From NCBI GenBank assembly GCA_003223065.1, contig QHXU01000190.1:802-34995 (forward strand): 34,194 nt of DNA, written 5' to 3'. Every line of letters starts with the position of its first letter. The stretch's first letter is position 1. Under the pieces are notes generated by a model. The model made no database searches, was not told the origin of the DNA, and saw only the letters and a list, made by a program, of their open reading frames with translations. Source of the stretch: Acidobacteriota bacterium. Its GTDB lineage: Bacteria; Acidobacteriota; Terriglobia; Bryobacterales; Bryobacteraceae. Shown here one piece after another: positions 1-7,723 of the stretch. The translations under genes and the position numbers were made by a program.

Positions 1-864
1 ATTACCCGCCCGGTGGAGCGGCTGGCGGCGGGTGCTCGCGCGGTGGCCGGCGGCGACTGGTCGACGCGGGTCGATGTGATGTCACAAGATGAAATCGGGG
101 AGCTGGCGCGCGCCTTCAATCACATGACGGAACAGCTCCTCGAGCAGCGCGAGCGGGCGATCCAGGCCGAGCGGGTCGCGGCCTGGCGCGAATTGGCGCG
201 GCGGCTGGCCCATGAGTTGAAGAATCCGCTTTTTCCTTTGCAGATCACCGTCGAAAATCTGCAGCGTGCCCGCCATCGTCCGGAGGCTGAATTCGATGAA
301 GTATTTCGCGAAAGCACGTCGACACTGCTGGCCGAACTGGCGAACCTCAACACCATCATCGGGCGCTTCAGCGATTTCGCCAAGATGCCCCGCCCACAGT
401 TCGAGAGCGTGGATGTGAACGAGATCGTGCGCGTCGTGATGAAACTGCATGACGCGCGGTTTCGCGCCGGCGGGCGGCCCAAGATCGAGCCCGAGCTGGA
501 CCTGGCCGCCGGCGAGCTGCGGATTTCCGCGGACGGCGAGCAATTGCGGCGCGCTCTGGGGAACCTGGTGCTGAACGCGATGGACGCGATGCCCAGCGGC
601 GGAACGCTCCGTGTGCGCACGGCGCGCCAGGACGGCGGAGTCCGGTTGGAAGTCTCCGACACCGGACAGGGTTTGACCCAAGAGGAATGCGCCCGGCTGT
701 TTACTCCTTACTACACCACGAAGCATCACGGCACCGGTCTCGGCCTGGCTATCGTCCAGAGCGTGGTGAGCGACCATCATGGCAAGATTTCCGTGGCCAG
801 CCAGCCCGGCCTGGGAGCGGCGTTCATTATCGACCTGCCGGGTAAGCAGGGAGATCCGCTGTGA
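1..864 (+). CDS. Sensor histidine kinase, C-terminal part (HAMP, HisKA, HATPase_c). The 5' end lies outside the window.
   Basis: Frame 1 is open from nt 1 (ITRPVERLAAG...). Motifs seen: HAMP-like DEIGELARAFNHM, H-box HELKNPLFPL, N-box LVLNAMDAM, G1 DTGQGL, G2 GTGLGLAIV. The TGA stop at 862-864 overlaps the GTG start of the next gene (GTGA). Confidence 0.9.
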   Translation: MTRPVERLAAGARAVAGGDWSTRVDVMSQDEIGELARAFNHMTEQLLEQRERAIQAERVAAWRELARRLAHELKNPLFPLQITVENLQRARHRPEAEFDEVFRESTSTLLAELANLNTIIGRFSDFAKMPRPQFESVDVNEIVRVVMKLHDARFRAGGRPKIEPELDLAAGELRISADGEQLRRALGNLVLNAMDAMPSGGTLRVRTARQDGGVRLEVSDTGQGLTQEECARLFTPYYTTKHHGTGLGLAIVQSVVSDHHGKISVASQPGLGAAFIIDLPGKQGDPL

Positions 865-2213
865 GTCATCTGCTCATCGTCGATGACGATCCAAACACGC
901 TGGCTTCGCTCGCGCGCGCGTTCCGGCTGGCCGGTCATGAAGCCACGGTCGCAGATCACGCCGGGCGGGCGCTCGAATTGGTGCGCACGCAGTCGTTCGA
1001 CCTGATCTTCTCAGACGTCGTAATGCCGGACAAGGACGGCATCACGTTACTCGAAGAAATGCGGGCGCTTGGCATGACGGCTCCTGTGGTCATGATTTCC
1101 GGCCAGGCAACAGTGGACATGGCAGTGCGGGCAACGAAGCTCGGCGCGCTGGATTTTTTGGAAAAACCGCTCTCGACCGAAAAACTGCTGCTGACGGTGG
1201 AGAACGCGCTGCGGCTGAAGCGCCTGGAACAGGAGAATCGCGAACTGCGGGCGCGCGTCGGCCGCCATGAGATCGTTTGGAAGAGCGAGGCGATGCGGCG
1301 GGTGATGGCGCAGGTTGAGCGGGTGGCGGCCGGCGAGTCGCGTGTCTGCATCCTTGGTGAGACCGGGACCGGGAAAGAGCTGATCGCGCGGGCCATCCAC
1401 GAGGGCAGCCCGCGGCGCGACGGCCCCTTCATTACGCTGAACTGCGCCGCGGTGCCCGGTGAGCTGATCGAATCCGAGTTGTTCGGGCACGAGAAGGGAG
1501 CGTTTACGGGCGCGGCTTCGCGTCATTTGGGCAAGTTCGAACAAGCGCATAGCGGGACGCTGTTTCTGGACGAGATCGGCGACATGCACGGCGTGATGCA
1601 GGCGAAACTGCTGCGAGTGCTGGAGGAGGGCGAGATCGAGCGGCTGGGCGGCTCCGGTGGCATTCGAGTCGATGTGCGCGTGGTGGTGGCCACGCATCGC
1701 AACCTCGAAGAGCAGGTCCGCAACGGCGGATTCCGGCAGGATCTCTATCACCGCATCTTCGTTTTTCCGGTCGTGCTGCCGCCGCTGAAGGAGCGCAAGG
1801 GCGATCTGCCGGTGTTGGTGGAGCATTTCAGCCGCGCGATCAGCCAAGTGAATGGCTGGAAACCAAAGGCGTTCACGCCGGCGGCGCTGGAGGCCATGGA
1901 GCGATATTCGTGGCCGGGCAATGTCCGCGAGTTGCGGAACGCAGTGGAGCGGCTTTTGCTGCTCGCGGAAACAGAAGTGGACCCTGAAACAGTGCGTGCG
2001 GCGCTGCCGCAGACGGGCGCATCAAGGCCTTCGGGAACTCTCGCTTTGCGGGTGGAAGCATTCGAGCGTGAAACGATCCGCGCCGAGCTCGAGTGCTCGC
2101 ATCACAACATGACCGAGGCCGCCCGAGCCCTGGGCCTCGAGCGGAGCCATCTGTACAAGAAGTGCGCGCAGTTGGGGATTGATGTGAAGGGTATGCGCCG
2201 GGCGGAGGACTAG
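861..2213 (+). CDS. Sigma-54-dependent response regulator (NtrC/AtoC family enhancer-binding protein: REC, AAA+, Fis-type HTH)
   Basis: Receiver motifs LLIVDDDP and FSDVVMPDKDG. Walker A GETGTGKE, Walker B TLFLDEIGDM. The sigma-54 contact loop GAFTGA is at nt 1497-1514. C-terminal HTH is MTEAARALGLERSHLYKK. The start is translationally coupled to the kinase. Confidence 0.93.
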   Translation: MSHLLIVDDDPNTLASLARAFRLAGHEATVADHAGRALELVRTQSFDLIFSDVVMPDKDGITLLEEMRALGMTAPVVMISGQATVDMAVRATKLGALDFLEKPLSTEKLLLTVENALRLKRLEQENRELRARVGRHEIVWKSEAMRRVMAQVERVAAGESRVCILGETGTGKELIARAIHEGSPRRDGPFITLNCAAVPGELIESELFGHEKGAFTGAASRHLGKFEQAHSGTLFLDEIGDMHGVMQAKLLRVLEEGEIERLGGSGGIRVDVRVVVATHRNLEEQVRNGGFRQDLYHRIFVFPVVLPPLKERKGDLPVLVEHFSRAISQVNGWKPKAFTPAALEAMERYSWPGNVRELRNAVERLLLLAETEVDPETVRAALPQTGASRPSGTLALRVEAFERETIRAELECSHHNMTEAARALGLERSHLYKKCAQLGIDVKGMRRAED

Positions 2214-2875
2214 CCCGGCAGCAAATCCGCAAACACGAATCCGTCGCGTTCGACGATTTCGCCCGTTTGGATCGCGACGGGCCTGCGAAACATCGGGCCA
2301 TCGTAAACGAAAGAGTGAAACTCGCCGTTCTCCCCGCACGGATCGACCGCGGCGGGGAACTCATGCAACAGCGCATCATCGAACTCGCGGCCGGCGAATT
2401 GGGGAGGAAGCGCTCGCGGATCGACGCAGGTCAAGCGAGCCCGCAGCCCGGAGCGAATCATTTCGCGCGCCAGTTCGGCGGTCGGAAGCTGCCACAGCGG
2501 GAATAACGGCTCGAGGCCGGTTCCGGCGAGTTGGCGCTCGCGATAAGCACGGATATCCGCAAGGAATAGATCGCCGAAGGCGACCGCGGCGATCCCTTCG
2601 GCAACGGCGGCACGGCAGACCTCGCCCAGAATCCGCTCGTACTGATCGTTTGAACAAGGCCAGGGCAAGGGCACCGCCCGGAGGGGCAGTCCGGCGGCCT
2701 CAGCTTGCGCTTCCACAAGCGGTCTCCGCACAGCATGCATTGCGACGCGGTCGAACGTCTGCGTGAAGGTCGTGAGGAGCCCCACGACCTGTACATCAGG
2801 CATGCCGGAAAGACAGCGGAGCGACCACGCGCTATCTTTGCCGCTGCTCCAGGACAGAAGAACCTTTTTCGGCAT
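2210..2875 (-). CDS. PP-loop ATP pyrophosphatase domain protein (Dph6/MJ0570-like, ATP_bind_4 type). Function in bacteria is unknown.
   Basis: The N-terminus MPKKVLLSWSSGKDSAW carries an SGGxDS-like PP-loop. I prefer the ATG at 2875 over the TTG at 2887 used by the ORF track. Its stop (2210-2212) and the convergent regulator stop (2211-2213) share the tetranucleotide CTAG. Confidence 0.7.
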   Translation of the reverse strand: MPKKVLLSWSSGKDSAWSLRCLSGMPDVQVVGLLTTFTQTFDRVAMHAVRRPLVEAQAEAAGLPLRAVPLPWPCSNDQYERILGEVCRAAVAEGIAAVAFGDLFLADIRAYRERQLAGTGLEPLFPLWQLPTAELAREMIRSGLRARLTCVDPRALPPQFAGREFDDALLHEFPAAVDPCGENGEFHSFVYDGPMFRRPVAIQTGEIVERDGFVFADLLPG

Positions 2876-2894
2876 AACCGCCAACAATAAAGCT

Positions 2895-2910
2895 TGGCAC
2901 GAAATTTGCT
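2895..2910 (+). promoter_or_regulatory. Sigma-54 (-24/-12) promoter TGGCACGaaatTTGCT, pointing at coxS
   Basis: Matches TGGCACG-N4-TTGCW at every conserved position (GG 2896-2897, GC 2908-2909). It is intergenic, in the correct orientation, and 139 nt upstream of the coxS ATG. Confidence 0.7.
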
Positions 2911-3048
2911 CCTTTCGCCGCAGCCTGGGCGCGCGTGCCAGGTTCGCATGCGGCTTGAGTGCACCGCCGGTGCGAGTAAAGATCCAGCCGCACCCCTATT
3001 TGATTCTGGTTTCAATTTTGATATGTTCAAAAGCGCCTGAGGACGGTC

Positions 3049-3513
3049 ATGAACATCACCACACACATAAACGGGAAGAGTTATTCCCACGACGTGGAGC
3101 CACGGCTGCTCCTGATCCATTATTTGCGCGAGGTAGTCGGTCTAACCGGGCCGCACATCGGGTGCGAAACCTCATTGTGCGGCGCTTGCACGGTCGAGCT
3201 CAACGGCAAAGCGGTGAAGAGCTGCACGATGTTCGCTGTGCAAGCCGACGGCGCGAACGTCGTGACCATTGAAGGACTGGCCTCCAATGGAAAGCTCCAC
3301 GCCATGCAAGAAGCCTTCTGGAATGAGCATGGCGCCCAGTGCGGCTTCTGCACGCCGGGCATGATCATGGCATCGAAGCAGATCATCGACCGGAATCCGA
3401 ACCCGACTGAAGAGGAGATCCGGCACGGTCTCGAAGGAAATATTTGCCGCTGCACGGGCTACCAGCACATCGTGAACGCGGTCAAGGCGGCGGCGAAGGC
3501 AGCAGGGGTGTAA
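3049..3513 (+). CDS. coxS: [2Fe-2S]-binding small subunit of a CODH/xanthine-dehydrogenase-family molybdoenzyme
   Basis: Cysteine clusters [18 protein letters not shown] and CRCTGY. GAGGA RBS at 3039-3043, 5 nt before the ATG. Confidence 0.9.
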   Translation: MNITTHINGKSYSHDVEPRLLLIHYLREVVGLTGPHIGCETSLCGACTVELNGKAVKSCTMFAVQADGANVVTIEGLASNGKLHAMQEAFWNEHGAQCGFCTPGMIMASKQIIDRNPNPTEEEIRHGLEGNICRCTGYQHIVNAVKAAAKAAGV

Positions 3514-3518
3514 GCAAT

Positions 3519-5849
3519 ATGGCGACCACAATTACCAAACCCGAAACTCTCGTTGGAAAGCGTATCCGGCGGCGCGAAGACCCGCGCCTCATCACCGGAA
3601 CGGCCACCTACGTCGACGACATCAAGATGCCTGGCATGCACTACGCCACGATCGTGCGCAGCCCGCACGCCGCGGCCAGGATTCGTTCGATCAACACTAA
3701 AAAGGCAGCCGCGCACAAGGGCGTAATCGCCGTGTTCACCGGCAAAGACACGCAGAAGGTAGGCCCCGTCCCTTGCGGCGCATCCCTGCCCGGACTGCGC
3801 GTGCCGCATCATCACATCCTGGCGATGGACCGCGTCTACTTCGCCGGTCATCCGGTTGCAGTGGTAGTGGCGACGGATCGCTACGTGGCCGCCGATGCGG
3901 CGGATCTGATTGAAGTTGATTGGGACGTTTTACCGGCTGTGGCCGATCCGGAAAAGGCTCTGGCGAAGGGCGCTCCGGCGGTGCATCCCGAATGGCCGGA
4001 CAACGTCGCATTCAATTATCACCAGGAGGGCGGCAACGTCGAAAAAGCCTTCTCCGAGGCGGACGTGGTCGTGAAGCAGCGCATTACCAGCCAGCGCCTG
4101 ATTCCAACCGCGATGGAGACACGAGGCGTAGTAGCGGATTGGCGCCCCGCGGACCGCCAGCTCAACCTGTACTCCTCAACGCAGATTCCGCATCTCATGC
4201 GAACGCTGGTGGCGCAGATGCTGGGCCTTGAAGAGAATCGACTGCGCGTCGTGGCTCCGGAGGTCGGCGGCGGATTCGGCAGCAAACTCAACGTCTACGC
4301 CGAGGAGGCGTTGATGGGCTTCGTGGCGATGAAAATCCAGCAGCCGGTGAAATGGATCGAGTCGCGCCGCGAGAATTTCCTCTGCACGATCCACGGCCGC
4401 GGGCACGTCGATCACTACGAAGTTGCCGCCAAGCGGGACGGCACCATTCTCGGAATCAAGCTCCATATCATCCAGGACCTGGGCGCTTATCACCAGTTGT
4501 TGACTCCGGCCATTCCGACGCTGAGCGTGCTCATGATGCCGGGCCTCTACAAAACGCAAAACGTCCGTGCGGATATCGTCGGCGTGTTCACCAACTGTGT
4601 GCCCACCGACGCCTATCGCGGCGCGGGGCGTCCAGAGGCGACGCACGGCATCGAGCGCATGGTGGACGTGCTGGCGGCTGAACTGAAAATGGATCCGGCC
4701 GAAATCCGGCTAAAGAACTTCGTCACGAAAGAACAATTTCCGTTCCCGACGGCCACCGGCCTGACTTACGATTCGGGCGACTATGCGGCGCCGCTCAAGA
4801 AGGCGCTCGATATTGTCGATTACCAGAATCTGCGCAATGAGCAGGCCCAGGCGCGCAAGCAGGGCAAGCTGATGGGCATCGGCATGTCGACCTACGGCGA
4901 GATATGCGCGTTCGGGCCCTCTCCGGCGACCCCGGCAGGCGGCTGGGAAAGCGCAACCGTCAAGATCGATCCCACCGGCAAAGTCACGGTCATGACCGGT
5001 GCATCGCCGCACGGCCAGGGCGAGGAGACGACGTTTGCCCAGATCGCGGCCGATGAGTTGGGCGTTAACATCGACGACATTCTGGTGCTGCACGGCGACA
5101 CTGCCGTCGTTCAGTACGGCATCGGCACATTCGGCAGCCGCTCTACGGCGGTCGGCGGTACAGCGGTGTACTTCGCGCTTCAGGATCTGAAAGCAAAGAT
5201 CAAGAAATTCGGCGCGATGCTGCTGGGTTCCGATGACGTATCGTTCTCCGGGGGCCAGGTCATCTGTAACAAGACGGGCAAGTCGAAATCGATCCAGGAA
5301 ATCGCGGCCGCCTCGTACCGCGCGATGAAGCTGCCGCCGAATACTGAACCCGGCCTCATCTCGACTCACTTCTGGGAACCGCCGAACTTCACCTTCCCGT
5401 TCGGCGCGCACATCGTGGTCACGGACGTGGACCGCGATACGGGCGCCGTCGCGGTTCGCCGCTATGTGGCGGTCGACGATTGCGGCAATATTCTCAACCC
5501 GTTGATCGTCGATGGGCAGATCCATGGCGGCGTGGCGCAGGGGCTCGGGCAGGCGCTGTGGGAGCAAGCGGTCTATGATGACAACGGCCAGCTCGTCACG
5601 GGCGAGTTGATGGATTACGCAGTGCCCAAGGCGCACATGATGCCGCGGATCGAAAGCGATCACACCACCACGCCGACGTCGGTGAATCCACTGGGAGTGA
5701 AGGGCGTCGGCGAGGCGGGCACAATCGGCTGCTCGCCGGCGGTGGTCAATTCGGTAGTAGATGCGCTGGCGCCGCTCGGCGTGAAGCATCTCGATATGCC
5801 GATGACGCCGGAAACCATCTGGAAGCTGATTGCACGGAGCAAGTCATGA
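3519..5849 (+). CDS. coxL: Molybdopterin-binding large subunit, form II CoxL-like (AYRGAGR active-site loop)
   Basis: I take the start at ATG 3519 (MATTITKPETLVGKRIRRREDPRLITG), just after the coxS stop, not the 3444 ORF-track start. GGGFGSK motif is present. AYRGAGR is at nt 4611-4631. The stop overlaps the coxM start (ATGA). Confidence 0.88.
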   Translation: MATTITKPETLVGKRIRRREDPRLITGTATYVDDIKMPGMHYATIVRSPHAAARIRSINTKKAAAHKGVIAVFTGKDTQKVGPVPCGASLPGLRVPHHHILAMDRVYFAGHPVAVVVATDRYVAADAADLIEVDWDVLPAVADPEKALAKGAPAVHPEWPDNVAFNYHQEGGNVEKAFSEADVVVKQRITSQRLIPTAMETRGVVADWRPADRQLNLYSSTQIPHLMRTLVAQMLGLEENRLRVVAPEVGGGFGSKLNVYAEEALMGFVAMKIQQPVKWIESRRENFLCTIHGRGHVDHYEVAAKRDGTILGIKLHIIQDLGAYHQLLTPAIPTLSVLMMPGLYKTQNVRADIVGVFTNCVPTDAYRGAGRPEATHGIERMVDVLAAELKMDPAEIRLKNFVTKEQFPFPTATGLTYDSGDYAAPLKKALDIVDYQNLRNEQAQARKQGKLMGIGMSTYGEICAFGPSPATPAGGWESATVKIDPTGKVTVMTGASPHGQGEETTFAQIAADELGVNIDDILVLHGDTAVVQYGIGTFGSRSTAVGGTAVYFALQDLKAKIKKFGAMLLGSDDVSFSGGQVICNKTGKSKSIQEIAAASYRAMKLPPNTEPGLISTHFWEPPNFTFPFGAHIVVTDVDRDTGAVAVRRYVAVDDCGNILNPLIVDGQIHGGVAQGLGQALWEQAVYDDNGQLVTGELMDYAVPKAHMMPRIESDHTTTPTSVNPLGVKGVGEAGTIGCSPAVVNSVVDALAPLGVKHLDMPMTPETIWKLIARSKS

Positions 5850-6700
5850 TTCCTCAAGCATTCGATTACACCGCACCGAAATCGCTGGACGAAGCGCTGG
5901 GATTGCTGGCAAAGGGAGCCAAGCCTTTGGCCGGAGGCATGAGCCTGATCCCGATGATGAAGTTGCGCCTCGCCGCGCCGGATCACCTCGTGGACCTGCG
6001 GCGATTGAAGGACTTGAACTACATCCGCGAGCAAGGCGCGGCAGTGCACATCGGCGCCACCGCGACGCATTATGACGTCGAAAACTCGGCCGTGGTGCGC
6101 GGCAAATGCCCTCTGCTCGCCGAGACCGCCGCCCACATCGGCGACGTTCAGGTGCGCAACATGGGGACGATCGGCGGCAGCATCGCTCACAACGATCCAT
6201 CGGCGGATTATCCCGCCGCACTGCAGGCGCTCGAGGCCAAAGTAGTGCTTAAAGGAGCGAAGTCCGAGCGCACAGTGAGCGTCGCCGATTTCTTCGTCGA
6301 CACGTTCACCACGGCTCTCGAGCCAGGCGAGATCATCCGCGAGGTGATCGTACCTGTCGAGGATTCGGGAACCGGAACCAGCTACCAGAAGGTTGCCCAG
6401 CCGGCGAGCGGGTTTGCGATCGTGGGGATCGCTGTGCGGGTGCGCAAGTCCGGCGGAAAAATCGGGATGGCGCGCATCGGCGTCACGGGCCTCGCCAACC
6501 GCTCTTATCGTGCCGCGGCAGCTGAGAAGGCGCTCGAAGGCAAAGCTGGATCCGCAACTGAGATTCAGAACGCTGCGTCGCTGGTCGCCGAGCGAGTCGA
6601 TGTCAACTCCGATCTGCACGCCTCGGCCGATTATCGCCGCCATCTCGCGGTGGTCTATGCGGCGCGCGCTTTGATGGCTGCCCTCGCGAGGTCGGCGTGA
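5846..6700 (+). CDS. coxM: FAD-binding medium subunit of the CODH-like enzyme
   Basis: LAGGMSLIPMMKLR FAD-binding motif and the length typical of CoxM. Start and stop are coupled to both neighbours (ATGA, GTGA). Confidence 0.88.
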   Translation: MIPQAFDYTAPKSLDEALGLLAKGAKPLAGGMSLIPMMKLRLAAPDHLVDLRRLKDLNYIREQGAAVHIGATATHYDVENSAVVRGKCPLLAETAAHIGDVQVRNMGTIGGSIAHNDPSADYPAALQALEAKVVLKGAKSERTVSVADFFVDTFTTALEPGEIIREVIVPVEDSGTGTSYQKVAQPASGFAIVGIAVRVRKSGGKIGMARIGVTGLANRSYRAAAAEKALEGKAGSATEIQNAASLVAERVDVNSDLHASADYRRHLAVVYAARALMAALARSA

Positions 6701-7140
6701 AAATCGCCGGCTCCTACACCGTTCCGTTTCCGCCGGAGCGCGCCTACGAAATGATGCAGGACCCGGACGTGCTGGCGCGGTCGATTCCCGGCTGCGAATC
6801 GCTGGAAAAGATCGGCGAAAACGAATACCGCATGAAGATGAAGATGGTGCTGGCGAGTCTCTCGGGCGCCTTCGAAGGCAAGGTTCGGCTGGCCGATCAG
6901 AAGCCGCCATCGAGTTTTCGGATGGTGGTGGAAGGCTCGGGCAAAATTGGCTTTGTGAAAGGCGACGGCCTCCTGACGCTCACTCCGAAGGATGGCGGCA
7001 CCGAGGTCGCCTACGATGGCGACGCACAGGTAGGCGGTACCATGGCGGCTGTGGGCCAGCGTTTGATCGATGCGACCGCAAAGATGATGATCAAACGCTT
7101 CTTCGAAAATTTGCGGAGCGTGGAAGTGAGTAGTCGGTAG
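6697..7140 (+). CDS. coxG: CoxG-like SRPBCC protein (carbon monoxide dehydrogenase subunit G family)
   Basis: MKIAGSYTVPFPPERAYEMMQDPDVLARSIPGCESLEKIGENEYRMKMKM is typical of the CoxG family. GTG start overlaps the coxM stop. Confidence 0.8.
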   Translation: MKIAGSYTVPFPPERAYEMMQDPDVLARSIPGCESLEKIGENEYRMKMKMVLASLSGAFEGKVRLADQKPPSSFRMVVEGSGKIGFVKGDGLLTLTPKDGGTEVAYDGDAQVGGTMAAVGQRLIDATAKMMIKRFFENLRSVEVSSR

Positions 7141-7163
7141 AGGTGGTGAGAAAGCTTCGGCAT

Positions 7164-7610
7164 TCACCCCAAAACCGCGGTGTGCAGCCAAAAGCGTTCG
7201 ATCACTCTCCCTAGTTCAACGAATGTTTCGAGATCGACGGGCTTAGGGATATAGCAATTGGCGTGCAGATCATAGGCCTTACGGATATCCTCGGCGCTCG
7301 TTGAGGTCGAGAGTACCACCACCGGAATCTGCCGTAGCTTTTCATCCGTTTTGATCTCCGCCAGGACCTCGCGGCCGTCTTTTCGGGGCAGATTGAGGTC
7401 GAGAAGAATGAACGCCGGACGCGGACTCTCGGCGTGAGGTCCTTCGTGCCGAAGAAACGCAATTGCCTGCTCTCCGTCGCAAGTAATGTTTAAGCGGCCG
7501 TTGAATCCGCCCTCCTTGAATGCCTCTTGCATTAGCCGCGTATCACCAGGATTATCTTCTACCAGAAGAATTTCGACAGATTGACGAGTGGAACACTTGC
7601 GAATAGTCAT
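7164..7610 (-). CDS. Single-domain response regulator (CheY-like receiver only)
   Basis: ILLVEDNPGD and FILLDLNLPRKDG receiver motifs. At 148 aa there is no output domain. Confidence 0.88.
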   Translation of the reverse strand: MTIRKCSTRQSVEILLVEDNPGDTRLMQEAFKEGGFNGRLNITCDGEQAIAFLRHEGPHAESPRPAFILLDLNLPRKDGREVLAEIKTDEKLRQIPVVVLSTSTSAEDIRKAYDLHANCYIPKPVDLETFVELGRVIERFWLHTAVLG

Positions 7611-7723
7611 TTAGTGGATCTCCGAATTGTTGTAGTGCGCATCGCGCCGCACTCCTCTCAGTCCAAGAGTTGGGGCACGAACGGATTACCGGGCCGTTCT
7701 AGGGAGAAGCCTGGAGGCTCGTC

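Noticed and set aside
2210-2213. Convergent genes sharing overlapping stop codons in a CTAG tetranucleotide. Other convergent 3' overlaps are at 22169-22201 and 31464-31520.
   Set aside because: This is probably a by-product of scarce stop codons in GC-rich DNA extending C-termini. There is no evidence of function.
3444-3518. N-terminal extensions in the ORF track: coxL from 3444, carboxyltransferase to 9436, AKR to 21736, hypothetical from 20918, PP-loop gene to 2887.
   Set aside because: The extensions overlap neighbouring genes or look non-protein-like. Internal ATGs give canonical family N-termini or signal peptides.
7125-7150. Motif AGTGAGTAGTCGGT...GGTGAG at the coxG 3' end resembles AGTGAGTGGTCGGTGGTGAG at 27934-27953 (intergenic, upstream of the 259-aa gene).
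   Set aside because: There are only two copies, about 20 nt long, and one is inside coding sequence. I found no further copies or flanking symmetry by eye. I cannot distinguish this from chance without a genome-wide count.
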